DNA from: an uncultured virus (IMG/VR IMGVR_UViG_3300014969_000015)
Taxonomy: Duplodnaviria > Heunggongvirae > Uroviricota > Caudoviricetes
Length of the DNA: 64,000 nt
Strand: one strand, 5' to 3'
IMG/VR virus record: IMGVR_UViG_3300014969_000015
Shown here in pieces: positions 1 through 11,048 of this stretch (its first letter is position 1; each line of letters starts with the position of its first letter). Below the pieces are notes generated by a model. That model was not told where the DNA came from. It ran no database searches and saw only the letters and a list, made by a program, of their open reading frames with translations. Position numbers and translations under genes: made by a program.

Positions 1-7
1 CCAGAAC

Positions 8-478
8 ATGACGCGACAAGGCAGCCCGAAAACAGTCTCGGCCCGAGATCGAATGATCCTTTGGCGAACTCATTGTTTGGAGGAGATCGAAGAGCTTCTC
101 CAAAAAATCGGAGGCCTCCTTTCAGAGACCAAGAGCCTACGCACGATCTGCACGCAAATCGTCGGCAGAATGGCCAAGGAGGCTGACAAGATGAGCCAGG
201 ACCTCGATGCGGGGCAAGACGCCCGCCGTGATCGGGCCTTTGAAGATCTCGTCAAGCAGTACGGTGCGCGCGAAGCTAAAGAACTATTTGATGCCGATGA
301 CTATCCTGGCTATTATGCCGTCGAGGAGGCCAACGAGCGCGATGAAGAAGCGCGCAGCCACCTCGAAGAAACAGCCTTCCCTGATGTTCCTGATTCCATG
401 GACCAAGCGATCGAGTCGCTTGATAATCTACGTGAAGAGCTGAAAGCACTGCTCGTACACTTTCGCAGTCTGAAGTGA
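8..478 (+). CDS. hypothetical acidic helical protein
   Basis: 156-aa ORF, translationally coupled (TGATG) to the next gene; no recognised motif. Confidence 0.6.
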   Translation: MTRQGSPKTVSARDRMILWRTHCLEEIEELLQKIGGLLSETKSLRTICTQIVGRMAKEADKMSQDLDAGQDARRDRAFEDLVKQYGAREAKELFDADDYPGYYAVEEANERDEEARSHLEETAFPDVPDSMDQAIESLDNLREELKALLVHFRSLK

Positions 479-743
479 TGCCCAACGCCTATAAACCAAT
501 TTACGAGGGTATTCTCTCGAAGCTTACCGCCGAGACGGCCTGTCGTGCCGGGCGCTCCCTCCAAGAATGGATCGAAAGTGTGTCCTGCACGAGGTCAACC
601 GTCAGCGCGCGTTGCTTACCTATGCGCCCATTAAGATCGAAGTCATCGAGCGTGCCGAGCGCCTGGCCGTGGGACACAGCGATTACATTTCGAAGTATGC
701 GCTAGCCGCAGCGGATCTCGTGTTTCGCAAGGAAATTGCATAA
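478..743 (+). pseudogene. frameshifted hypothetical phage protein
   Basis: MPNAYKP...QEWIE continues in another frame after ~578 as CVLHEVNRQRALL...GHSDYISKYALAAADLVFRKEIA*. Confidence 0.5.
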
Positions 744-1317
744 ATCCGCTGCCGAAGAGGAGCACCTAATGACCCTCGAGAGAAAGTTTCCCTGGCCCAA
801 CGAGCGCGAGCGCCGGGGCTTGCGTATGATCCGGACAGGAGACGTGACAAATAGCAGCGACGCCGAGGCAGCGGACGTCTGGATCGATCGCTTATTGGAA
901 ACACCGGACAGCTCCGCCGAGGCTCCCCGCTGGTCCAAGCCGCCTACTGCTCCATCAAACCGTCCAGGTACTCGGCAATCGATCTCTGATCTGTCCCGTA
1001 ACGGTCGTATCACCCCGGAACAGGGAGCCCTGCTCTACGAGATACGTCGAATGCTAGAATGGAAACGACGGCCTTGGTGGGACCGACTGATCTCGCGGTT
1101 ACTTGGAGAGCGTCCATGAAACATAAAATGCGAGGGGCGCTGCCATGAAACACAAAATACGAGAAGCACTCGCCATCGAAGCCTGTGCAGATGGAGCGCT
1201 CATCCTTTATGCGGAGCTGCCCGACGGCGATGGAGAGCCTATCCGCATCGAGCCCCCTCGTGTCTCTGCAGTGCTCGCCGCATGCGGAGATGCACTTGCT
1301 AGAAAGCCGAGTACCCG

Positions 1318-1953
1318 ATGACCCTTCCCAAGTGCGCTGTGCTGACGTGTCCTTACACAGCCGATCCGCGGTGGTTCGCGCGAGACACGGATGATCAGCC
1401 TGTCATGATCTGTGACGGCCATCCCCAAATGCCGAAGCCCTCCGAGGTAGCTCGACGACCGTTAGCGCTCACGGCAAAGACCCTCGCCGCGCGGATCGTC
1501 CATAGCGGGTATGCGCCTACCGCTCGTGAAATCAGGTACATTGCGCAAGCGCTGCTCGACTACTCGAATGAGGATAACTGCAGTGCCTTAACACCGCATG
1601 AATGGCAGGAAGTGTGGAAGACGCTCGATGCGGAGCTTGTCGCGGTGGATCCGCTGGCAACCCCCGCGAGCGAGCGCGCGGCCCTCAGAATCTATGCGGT
1701 CATGGCAAGGGACTGGAGCGACGCCCTCGATATGGTTACCGCGTGCCAAGACCGCGGAGCGCTGAATGTGCTGCTCAAGATGCTCACGCTGCCGGGCAGC
1801 GGGGCCACGGACGGCAAGTTAAACGCCCTGTTCGTCGAGCCGGTGCGCCGGCGTATCGAAAAACTTCAGACATGCGTCGAGCCGCCCGCGGATCGGACGG
1901 GCTGTGTCCCTGAGCAGGTGAATAGCCGCTTCAATGATGAAGGAGAATCGTGA
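1318..1953 (+). CDS. hypothetical protein
   Basis: 211-aa ORF in a tightly coupled + strand run. Confidence 0.55.
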   Translation: MTLPKCAVLTCPYTADPRWFARDTDDQPVMICDGHPQMPKPSEVARRPLALTAKTLAARIVHSGYAPTAREIRYIAQALLDYSNEDNCSALTPHEWQEVWKTLDAELVAVDPLATPASERAALRIYAVMARDWSDALDMVTACQDRGALNVLLKMLTLPGSGATDGKLNALFVEPVRRRIEKLQTCVEPPADRTGCVPEQVNSRFNDEGES

Positions 1954-2386
1954 GCGTGGAGGTCAAGGTGATCCGCCACCTGCCGAGCAAGATCGACCTC
2001 ATCGACGATCCAACGCTGCCCTTCAAGGTGGAGGTTAACTTGCGCCCACCAGGCACGACGGTGCGCATGTGTCGCCCTCCGGCCTGCACAAGATCGTCGG
2101 GGCGATGCTTGGCGGACGATGGTCAACCCGCCCAGCATACGGGAGCGGATCACTGCGCGAAATTGAGTCGACTGAACGGCATCCCGACGGTGCCAACATC
2201 GGAGTGGCGGAGGACGTACGGGGCGACGACGCACACGGCATCGTCGCCCTCCGTAACCACGCCGATGCCTTGCTCGAGATCGCCGATGCGGTCAAGGCGC
2301 TGCGCGATGCCGGGCTGGAGGGTGACGGCCGCGCGGCGATGCGTGCGGCGTTCGCAGCACTCGGCAGGCTGGAGGAAGTGAAGTGA
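1950..2386 (+). pseudogene. hypothetical protein split by a frameshift near 2068
   Basis: MSVEVKVIRH...TVRM (1950 frame) continues as SPSGLHKIVG...EEVK (2069 frame) across atgtgtcg. Confidence 0.45.
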
Positions 2387-2706
2387 GCCTGCCAGATCTG
2401 AAGCCCTTCGAATTGGAGGCGCTTGCATTGATTGCCGAGGAGTGCGCTGAGTCAATCGCCATCATCGGCAAGGCGCTTCGTTTTGGCCTGACGTCGAGTC
2501 ACCCAGATTCGTACGCAATGAACCGCTCGGAGATCGCGAGAGAGCTTGGCCAGGTGCGCGCATCCATCGAGATTGCGTGCCAGCTCGGAGTTCTTTACTC
2601 AAGTGATGTGATGCGCGGAGCCGACGAGAAATGGAAGAAAGTCGGCGAGTACCTGCACCACATCGAGATCGATGGCGATATGCGCACCGCCAGAAGGAAG
2701 TCATGA
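2383..2706 (+). CDS. MazG-like all-alpha NTP pyrophosphohydrolase
   Basis: LALIAEECAE..IGKALRFG...NRSEIARELGQV matches the phage MazG-like EExxE pattern. Confidence 0.65.
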   Translation: MSLPDLKPFELEALALIAEECAESIAIIGKALRFGLTSSHPDSYAMNRSEIARELGQVRASIEIACQLGVLYSSDVMRGADEKWKKVGEYLHHIEIDGDMRTARRKS

Positions 2707-3080
2707 AGCGCGGCGATCGCATCGTCCACTCGAACTTTGGCGCCCGCAAGCACGGCGTGATCGTCAAAGTCGCGAAGGACAGCGCGCAGGTCCGGTTCGA
2801 CGGCGCCAACAAGGACGAGAAGCTGTACCTCGACTCACTGCGCACCGAGACCGCGGAGGACGTTGCTCGACGTGACCACGAGGCGGCGATGGTGAAGTGG
2901 CGCGATCAGGAGCCCAAGACAAAATTGGCGCGCGTCATGATGTCCGCGGGCTACGCGAACCAGGTGGAGATCGGCGCGACTATGAGCAACCTCGCGAAGA
3001 CGCCTGCGGAGATGCGCGAGGCGGCGCGAGAGTTGGTGCTGCTCGCTGGCTGGTTCGAGAAACGGCCGGTGGGGCCGTGA
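2703..3080 (+). CDS. hypothetical protein with N-terminal SH3/KOW-like barrel
   Basis: MKRGDRIVHSNFG..GVIVKV....QVRFD. Confidence 0.5.
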   Translation: MKRGDRIVHSNFGARKHGVIVKVAKDSAQVRFDGANKDEKLYLDSLRTETAEDVARRDHEAAMVKWRDQEPKTKLARVMMSAGYANQVEIGATMSNLAKTPAEMREAARELVLLAGWFEKRPVGP

Positions 3081-4340
3081 CGCGGAAAGACGCCGAGCGC
3101 ATCGCGTTCAACTTGACCCATCAGACGCCGGGCCTAGCCCGCGAGATCCTGATCAACGCCGAGCGCGCCGTGATGCGCACGCTGCTGATCAGGCTCACGG
3201 GCAGCGAGGACGCCTACTGGACGCTCGTGGTCGAGGAACTAGACAAGTGACCGCGCGCGTCAGTCTCGCGAATTGCAGACCTGCACTTAATAGCCACGAC
3301 GCAAGGACAAAAATTATGATCGTTAAGCATGGTAGGGCCCGTACAGAATATGGGCCTGGTGTCAGCATTGAGCTAACCGGTGACGAGGTCGCCACGGCGA
3401 TCGATGCGTGGTTGGTAGCGCGCGGCGTCCATGTGGCAGGACCGCGCACAATTACCGTGAATAGCGAACGGTGCGAAGCTGGACACGTATACGTCGATCC
3501 GTCAGGGTATGTGATCACGGAGGGACGGAAGATTTCTGGTCGTGGCGGTGACGACAGTGGACGCTAATCGCACGGGCTTGAGTGCTTGCATCGTCTGCGC
3601 AAATCTAGCCTTCCATGAATTGTTCATGAGCGACAAGGAAGCGTTTGCCAGCTCCCTGATTCAGGGCTTACTCATGCCCCTGGGCAGTAAAAGCACCCTC
3701 AAAAACTACAAAGCCATGCGGCGCGGTGTCTGCATCGTGGAGCGCTGCGCTCGGACGATTGAGGCCCCTTGTGCAGGATGCCAAAGAGCAGACTGTGAAC
3801 GTTGCGCAATTTCGGCGGAATTGCGGGCAGCGGAAACGCGAATCCTTGCAGAGCGCGACGCCGAGCTAGACTCCGACACCTATGTTGAGGCGGTCCTCAA
3901 CGAGATGATCGAGGATTTGTGCCCTGCCCACATGGCGCTGGGGAGCTCTCTTGCTGGGCAATGGTACGGACGGCGAAGCTTTCAATCTGTCGATACGACC
4001 CATAACGATCCATGACCAAAGTGCCTGCACTTGACCTTGAAGAGACCATCAGTCCTTTGTTCGACATGTGGTTGAGCTTCGAAGCCTCGTTTGGTGATCG
4101 TGCAATCGATCAGCTAGACATTTCTGATCAGGACGCTGAGAGCATGGCCAAGAAGATGGAGGGCCTCGGATCTGCCGGCGCGGCTTTTGCGTATCTCCTG
4201 CGTAGTATTTCGCAGCGGCGGAAGTTCCGCGAGATCTGCCATGTCGCCCGTGTTGTCTGGGCAACAACTAAGGAGCCCGCTTTCTTGTCCTTACATGAAA
4301 TGTATGAGCACTACATGAAGCTGCCTAAAGGCAAAGCCTG

Positions 4341-5090
4341 ATGAAAGTTGTTTTTCTTGACATCGACGGGGTACTCAATCACAGCGCTGTGCGACACACC
4401 GCCCTGCCAACTTCAGAAGAGCCACTACCCATACCGATCGCTCCCGAATGCATGGTGCGGCTCAATCGACTCATTGCGGAAACCGGTGCCAAGATTGTCA
4501 TCTCGTCGAGCTGGCGAAAATTCGCAAGGTGGCAAGACCTCGGTCCGGCCCTTGTACGCCACGGCCTTATGGCCGAGGTGATTGGAGAAACACCGGACCT
4601 AGTAAACGATACCGCCTGGCTTGAAAGGTGGCACCAGCGCGAGGGTGGCCCGTTTCCGTATGAACGTCTCGAACGCGGTTGGGAAATTCGGGAGTGGTTG
4701 GCGCACTTCGTGACGGGGTGCTGCTCCTGTGGACACGCTCGCGATCTGCACGACGGCGGTATCGACGAATGTTTTTACAACGACCGCCCATCAGGGGCCA
4801 CCGGATGTCTATGCTGCCGATTTGACGGCAGTCCGCTTACGGGATTTGTCATCCTCGACGACTGCTCCGACATGGACGAACTGAAATCTTGGCGCGTGCT
4901 AACGGATCCCATCGTAGGGCTCGATGAGCCGGACATCGAGCGTGCGAAGTGGCTGCTAGAGCGCTCCGCGCCAGGTATCGAGGAAGCTCGCAGGAGGGCG
5001 CTCGGAATCATTGAGGTCCCAGGACGGGGGGCGCGCGACATCGATACGGACAGACTAGCTACGATTCTGACGCTTTCGAGATTGACGTAA
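4341..5090 (+). CDS. HAD-superfamily phosphatase (Swiss Army Knife RNA-repair-like HAD) with an inserted Cys/His module
   Basis: motif I VFLDIDGVLN, motif II IVISSSWR, ERGWEI, motif IV FVILDD. Confidence 0.85.
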   Translation: MKVVFLDIDGVLNHSAVRHTALPTSEEPLPIPIAPECMVRLNRLIAETGAKIVISSSWRKFARWQDLGPALVRHGLMAEVIGETPDLVNDTAWLERWHQREGGPFPYERLERGWEIREWLAHFVTGCCSCGHARDLHDGGIDECFYNDRPSGATGCLCCRFDGSPLTGFVILDDCSDMDELKSWRVLTDPIVGLDEPDIERAKWLLERSAPGIEEARRRALGIIEVPGRGARDIDTDRLATILTLSRLT

Positions 5091-5158
5091 GATTCATTCA
5101 CGTATCACGTCAATCATGACGTGTGTGATCAAATACGTAATTACAATCGGAGGATGAG

Positions 5159-5551
5159 ATGGCCAGGAGAGCGAGTACGCCAGTGAGCAACGAGCGTGGA
5201 AGCACGGTGGATCCAACGACAGACAACGCTGCGGATCCGAGCGGCTCCGGGAATAGTAACGAGGGCGCTACCAACCCGCAGGCGGGCGACGCGCCTGCAC
5301 CGCCGAAGAGACGTAAGCGGGGACCCAACAAAGCCAAGCCCGGGACCTTCGTCGTGGAGACCAAAGCGCGCATGAAGCAGGAGGAGATCATCAAGCTCCT
5401 TGTCTCCCACGCAGTTACCCAGCTTGGTGGGGACGTGGCCAACAATATGACGTTGCAGGTGGACGACAATGGCGAATGTCGACCTCTTGCGGACGTCCTG
5501 CCCCAAGGCGCCACGCTTCAATTCGGCACAGCTCTCAAGACTGCCGACTGA
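5159..5551 (+). CDS. hypothetical protein
   Basis: good RBS (ggaggatgag) before ATG; basic patch PPKRRKRG. Confidence 0.6.
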   Translation: MARRASTPVSNERGSTVDPTTDNAADPSGSGNSNEGATNPQAGDAPAPPKRRKRGPNKAKPGTFVVETKARMKQEEIIKLLVSHAVTQLGGDVANNMTLQVDDNGECRPLADVLPQGATLQFGTALKTAD

Positions 5552-5557
5552 TCGATC

Positions 5558-6112
5558 GTGAACTGTCGACACGACCTCGCGAACGGAACGTGCATGCGGT
5601 GCATGCGGTGCTACCCGAGCAACCCCTACAACCGACTGCTCGCGGATCGCGTCGATCCAAATGTTGACCGATCGATCCCTGCTGGGGAGCCGCATACGCG
5701 TAACGCTGCCACCAAGGTCCTTGTCTCACGCCTGTGGGCGCTTTATGCATGGCCTGAGCAGAATCTTCCCGTGCGCGAACTGACGGTCGCGAAACTCCTC
5801 GCATACCGTGCGCAGCCTGACTACGTGAGTGATGAAGAGAGAACCCGGAAGCGCCCGACACGTGAATGGGACTACGGGCGAATCCGACACTTCTACGACT
5901 GCCTTCTGGCTGGCAAGGTGCTGGACGCGATCGAGGTTGATAACGTTTGCAACTACGGGCGGATCTATCCTGAGCCCATTCTGCTCGATGGGCATCACCG
6001 GTTGGCAGCTTCCTATCTAGCAGAGGCGTCAAGCATCTTCATTCACTATGGAGGAAGGCTCGATCTCTTGCGATACCTCAGGGGGACACGTAAGACGTGC
6101 CCCGTGGAGTAG
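5558..6112 (+). CDS. ParB/Srx-like N-terminal domain protein
   Basis: DAIEVD...ILLDGHHRLAA, the ParB/Srx arginine-patch motif. Confidence 0.6.
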   Translation: MNCRHDLANGTCMRCMRCYPSNPYNRLLADRVDPNVDRSIPAGEPHTRNAATKVLVSRLWALYAWPEQNLPVRELTVAKLLAYRAQPDYVSDEERTRKRPTREWDYGRIRHFYDCLLAGKVLDAIEVDNVCNYGRIYPEPILLDGHHRLAASYLAEASSIFIHYGGRLDLLRYLRGTRKTCPVE

Positions 6113-6817
6113 ATGCCATGAAGGAACATGAGAGGCACGCCAAAACCATCGTTGAACTTCGCGCACAGCATCCCAACGTGCTGCTGTGCCCGGCAGACTG
6201 CCGAGCCTGCAGCACTGGTATTCCGTATCCGGAGTTGACGATCGACGAGATTCGCGAGGCGCTCGCCAAGGGGCATCGTGAAGCAGAGGAGGCGTACCCT
6301 GTACTGTTTGGACGAGGTACGCCACAGTATCGGTACTGTTTGGACGCCCTGGGAGATACCCATGAGTTACGCCACAGCATCGGCGCGACGCTTGGATGAT
6401 TAAGTCTGAAGCTTCGGACCTTGCGATCACGATGTGCGTTCGGTCGCACACTTAGCGCAATCCAGGTCACAGGGACCCGCAACGCCCCGCCCGCCAGGCC
6501 CGTGCTTCCTGGGTAGCGGAGGCAGCCCAGCGCGCACTCGGCATGTGTTGCACTGGGCACCGTCCGAGATGACTGACCACGCACATTCGAGGCTGCAGCC
6601 AGAGCAACAATTATAGAGGCTCATTGGCATGAAATGTAGCACGTGTCGAAAACGTCTGAGTGCCCTGTTATCCGTTATCCTGGAACGGAGAGCCACCGCG
6701 CGGGCTGGACGGCGATCCGCTGAGCCTTGCCGCGTGGTGGAGCCGTCCTGCCGTTTCTTATCCGTTGTTTCTATATCCGCCGTGATAAAATCGAACGACC
6801 CACGTTTTGGAGATCCC

Positions 6818-8009
6818 ATGATCAATCACCTTGGACTTTACCGCCCCCTCCGCCTCCCGCTGTCGCTGTCGAGCGGAGTCACCATCCTGCCGTCGCAGAG
6901 TGCGCAAATCACCGTCCATCCACAGACAAACAAGTTTTACCCTGAGCGCCTCCTGATCAAAGAGGCCTCTCACTGGAAGATCGACGCGATCCGCGTCGGG
7001 GATCGTGACAGTGCCCTCGTCCAGAATCTCCCAGGGGCGATGTTCGCCCCCGACGCGCCTGGGCGCTTCCCGGGTTGTGGCGAGATCCAGATCCCGCCCG
7101 GCGGAGAATTGATCGTCCAGACGACGTACACTGGCCCCTGCGCGACGGGGACCCCTTTCGAGGCGTGTGTGTTCGGATCCGACGATCAGCCGCCGCTGCC
7201 GACCGTTCGTCAGGGCACGGGAAAGAAGATCACGACGGTGAGGAGCGGACGGGCGATACCTTCCAACATGCCAGTGAAGCTGTCCACGGATCCGATGAAG
7301 CACGACGCATGGCCGAGCCGTCTCGTGATCGAGGGTGCTTCTGACTGGGTCGTCAATGACGTCTGTATAGGCGAGGTGTCGATATTCGCACAGTCAGGGG
7401 AGCATGTTCTCCGAGGACGTGGAGTCCGCGATCTGTCTGGGGCGCCTGGCCGCCGGAGACAAGTTCTCGGTCGTCGCAACGTACGTCGGGACCTCGTCTG
7501 ACGCTGAGTTCGTTTACGAACTCTACGGGACCCTCGCTGAATCCGAAGCTGTTGACCTCCCAATCGCAGTGATCTTGCCAATGACTACGGGGCTGAACAT
7601 CCTGCCAAACACGTCGGCGCAGCTGACTGGCAGATGCGAGATTGGTCCTCGCAGGGGCTTCGTGGCCGAGCGAATTGTCGTTGATGGCGCAGCTGACTGG
7701 GTCTTTAATGACATCAAGATTGGACGCGCCTCTCAGTTCGCAGAATCTGGGGATATCCCTGGCCTGGCATTCAGTCCAAGGACCCTGGGAGGCCAAGTGT
7801 CCTTCGACGTCGCACGGTCCAGGATCAATTTCGCCATCACGACGACGTATATCGGACCTCGCGAGAACGGGAATTCCTTCGTCTGCGGGATCCTGGGAAG
7901 CATCGTCGACCTGACTGAGGTCAGTCCGACGCTCCGACACGGCCGGATCCTGTCGGTCCGCGATCTTCGAGGCGCGACTGGCCGCGAGTTCAACGCTCGG
8001 CGCCTCTAG
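6818..8009 (+). pseudogene. three-repeat beta-rich domain protein, frameshifted at ~7400
   Basis: three copies of a domain with ILPxxSAQ(I/L)T / ERxxIxxAxDWxxNDxxIG / QSGDxPGxxF; frame changes at cagtcagggg-agcatgttc, joining ORF 6629-7501 to ORF 7404-8009. Confidence 0.7.
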
Positions 8010-8020
8010 TCCTCGAAATA

Positions 8021-8224
8021 CTAGAATGTCGTCAGTGTGCAGGCGACATCCGTGAATATCGAACCACCGCTGCCGCAGTGATCATTCGTGGGGCAGACGC
8101 TCAGCGTCTCGCAGTCGCCGGTGTGGCTCTGCTTGTCCCCACCTTGCACGGAGGCTATCTCCAAATTCGTCAGGACGCGTAGGGTCTCTTTGCGGAGATG
8201 TAGCGCACGATTCTGTTTCTTCAT
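8021..8224 (-). CDS. RiPP precursor-like peptide (class I lanthipeptide-type leader, double-Gly)
   Basis: leader MKKQNRALHLRKETLRVLT..IASVQGG, then a core with 4 Cys and many Ser/Thr; RBS gaggag upstream. Confidence 0.7.
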   Translation of the reverse strand: MKKQNRALHLRKETLRVLTNLEIASVQGGDKQSHTGDCETLSVCPTNDHCGSGGSIFTDVACTLTTF

Positions 8225-8317
8225 CTGAATTGCTCCTCTGGTGTACCGCGTTTGGATCTAAGCGCCGAAGAAGTCGGCGCGAACTCATCCTGACATCCGC
8301 GCGTGCCCTCACCAATC

Positions 8318-8389
8318 GGGTATTTATAAACCCAGGGTTCAGTATTCACAGGGCTCAGATGCATACCAGACACGGGTAGCCATTTACCC
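8318..8389. promoter_or_regulatory. two GGGTA-N6-TACCC palindromic operator-like sites (8318-8333, 8374-8389)
   Basis: gggta-tttata-aaccc and gacac-gggta-gccatt-taccc in a divergent intergenic region. Confidence 0.65.
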
Positions 8390-8488
8390 AGGGCGAGCAA
8401 TCAACTACTTGCGACGCGAGAAGCACTTTACGTCGGCTCTTCCTAGGACGTGGCAGGTCGTGGAATACAGGCTGCACTGAAGAGTATC

Positions 8489-8836
8489 ATGAAGAAATTG
8501 CACGGCATGAAGGTCCTTGGCACCAAAGTGACGAAGCTCGGCGTCATGACGCGGGTCGAATGCGATCGCTGTCGCGGCACCGGTAACTGGGATACAAATA
8601 GCTACAGGGTTTGCTTCAAGTGCGGAGGTTATGGGGAACTACTACTCGACACTCCCGAAACGGCTTACAACAGCAAGCGCGCACACATCGAGGAAGTTAA
8701 GGGAATCATCGCCGATGATACCCGCCGCCTCGAGACCGCACGCTGGGGCAAGAACCAGATCCAGAAACACATCGACGATCGCAAGGCCCAGCTCGTCCAA
8801 CTCGAAACCGAGCTTGCCTCGATGAGGAAGTCGTGA
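8489..8836 (+). CDS. DnaJ-type zinc-finger protein
   Basis: CDRCRGTG...CFKCGGYG followed by a coiled coil. Confidence 0.6.
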   Translation: MKKLHGMKVLGTKVTKLGVMTRVECDRCRGTGNWDTNSYRVCFKCGGYGELLLDTPETAYNSKRAHIEEVKGIIADDTRRLETARWGKNQIQKHIDDRKAQLVQLETELASMRKS

Positions 8837-9443
8837 TGCGCGGCCTCGAAAAGGTGCTTTCCAACACCGGCTGTCCATGGCCTGGAGGCGTTGACGTCGA
8901 ATTCACCCAAACAGACATCCTTCAGCTCGGCAAGCTGTACTGCTGGGGCAGCTCCACCGTCTCCTTCATCGTGCGTTTGCGCGACGGCCGCGAAGTGTTC
9001 GTGCGCGCTGACAAGCAGAGCAAGGACGACGAGCGCTTTCTACGAAAAATTGCCAAACCGATCCGCGGTTGCGCGCCGGATCGCGCGGAGGGGTTCCGTA
9101 CAGTGTGGGGAGGGCCGCTCTAGCGCTGCCCTGGAGCAGAACATGCCCTACCCCGACGACAAGCCCAACCTGACCGACGACACACGCTGCCTGCTAGGTC
9201 TCATGACGGTCGCCTTCACAGTTCACAGGTGACGTGAACGAGGTGTGCCCACGTAGATAGTTACCCGTCCCTAGGCCTCCCCGTGGCATGTTGCTCTTGT
9301 GATACAGGACTCCGATGTACCCAGGGGGCAACAGAATGCGTGCTTGCCCCGTAGGGTAGAATGCTGGGTGCACTCTGGATCGGCTTCGGCTTGGAATGAT
9401 TTTTCGGGACAGCCAACGTGCCCCTGAGAGAGGATGAACAGAA

Positions 9444-9932
9444 ATGGCGAAGAAGTCTGCTAGACAGCTCAACGCAGAGATCGTGGAGGCCCTCAGCAAA
9501 CCGAGCAGCAAGCGCAAGGCAAAGAAGTCGCCACACGAGATCCGGGTACAACGCCTAAAGACGCTGCAAAGGATCATGGAGGACGTGTTCTGTGACAAGG
9601 GTTGGGCGGATACGGATCTCAATGAGCTAGAGAGCTGGATTCGTGTTGACGACGAGCTATCCGATCGCGAGTGGCTCCAGGTCGCCAAGAATCAGCTCAT
9701 TGATAACAGCGTCTTGCCTGAGCACGCGGGTGCTCCGCCAGAGAATGTACGTGCGTGGAACGACGCTTTCATCTCGACGTACCTCATGAATATCGATAGC
9801 GACATGAATGATGAAGCTGCGATCGACAGCGCTCGTCAAAATGCCAACGACACGGTCCCACTAACGGCTAATGAGCACGAGCTGACGAAGACAGATCCGA
9901 AGCTCTATGTAACAAAGCACAGGCTAACTTAG
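9444..9932 (+). CDS. hypothetical protein with N-terminal shared helical tag
   Basis: begins MAKKSARQLNAEIVEALSKP; RBS gagagg. Confidence 0.65.
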   Translation: MAKKSARQLNAEIVEALSKPSSKRKAKKSPHEIRVQRLKTLQRIMEDVFCDKGWADTDLNELESWIRVDDELSDREWLQVAKNQLIDNSVLPEHAGAPPENVRAWNDAFISTYLMNIDSDMNDEAAIDSARQNANDTVPLTANEHELTKTDPKLYVTKHRLT

Positions 9933-10403
9933 CCGGTTAGTTAAAACGGATCGGGCCTCGGGGAGCTCTGCACCGGAGGGCACTTGTGTCCTCGCACAAG
10001 GGATGAGCGCAGGCTATCCGCGCACCTGTCTGTTGTCAAGGCTTCAAAGCTGCACGACGGCCCGTGGCAGCTTACGCAGCTTTGCCATGCCGAGCGGACA
10101 CGTCGCATATTCAGGGACCCACGCGGAGCCTTCCCAGCTCGATTGTACGTAGCCCCCGCATGAGCAGTTTGTAAGCACCGTCCTGTCACCGACGGGCACA
10201 CTGTCAACAGGTCGATGTCGAAGCAGCCGATGCCACCAGATCCGAAACTTCAACCAAGCGCTCATCACAAGTTCGCACGTTGTACCAGCCTCCTGCGGTG
10301 GGATCAACCCGCGTCTAACAGGCGGTGGTGTCAGGTCGTGGATTACAGACTGCCCTTCGCGCCCCTTTGCACGTGTTTCATCACTCAGGCTAGAATGTGA
10401 GGC

Positions 10404-10901
10404 ATGGGCAAATTCTGGGAATGGTTCCGCGATTCACAGCAGCCGTTGCGTGCGCGCCGCGCGAAAGCCTCTTCGCGCAGCATAGGTCCAACGACAGGGC
10501 ATCCAAAGATGAGCCCCGAAGGCCCGACCCAGATCGAGGGACTTGATGCAGTGAACGACCGCGCGCCCGGAACGTATTTTCAAGGCTATCTTGAAGCACC
10601 GTTCACGGACTTGGTTCGCCTGCTCGGAGCCCCAAACGCGCCTGTAGACAACTACCAAACCACCACAGAGTGGAGCTTGCAGTACGAAGGTGCCCCCATT
10701 ACCATCTACGATTACAAGGCAACAACAGCGTACGATATGGGGAGGCCCTCCCCGGAAAAATTACGAGCACTTTCGAAGCATGCCTGGAATGTCGGATCAG
10801 ACGGTAGTGCAACAGCCGCTCGAGGTATTCAGCGCATCAAGGACGCGATCGCACATTCCGCACACGCAGGGCAATCAAAACAACGTGCAAGGCGGTCATG
10901 A
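10404..10901 (+). CDS. conserved phage hypothetical protein (leaderless)
   Basis: YFQGYLEA..LVRLLGAP...EW...TIYDYK...WNVG pattern; TAGAAT 7 nt before ATG. Confidence 0.6.
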   Translation: MGKFWEWFRDSQQPLRARRAKASSRSIGPTTGHPKMSPEGPTQIEGLDAVNDRAPGTYFQGYLEAPFTDLVRLLGAPNAPVDNYQTTTEWSLQYEGAPITIYDYKATTAYDMGRPSPEKLRALSKHAWNVGSDGSATAARGIQRIKDAIAHSAHAGQSKQRARRS

Positions 10902-11048
10902 AGAAAGCTGAGCAGCTGTCGAGGATGGCTTTGCACGCTTTTTGTTCCTTGGGGCGAAATTCTCACCGAATTTTCGTGCAGGCGACTTGAATAATCGTGC
11001 AGGAAACAGAGGTCAGCATGCAGTCGCGGCGCACCCGAAGGCCCTGCA

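Noticed and set aside
8318..8389. Assignment of GGGTA-N6-TACCC to a known host regulator such as LexA
   Set aside because: It does not match a consensus I can confidently name, so it is left unassigned
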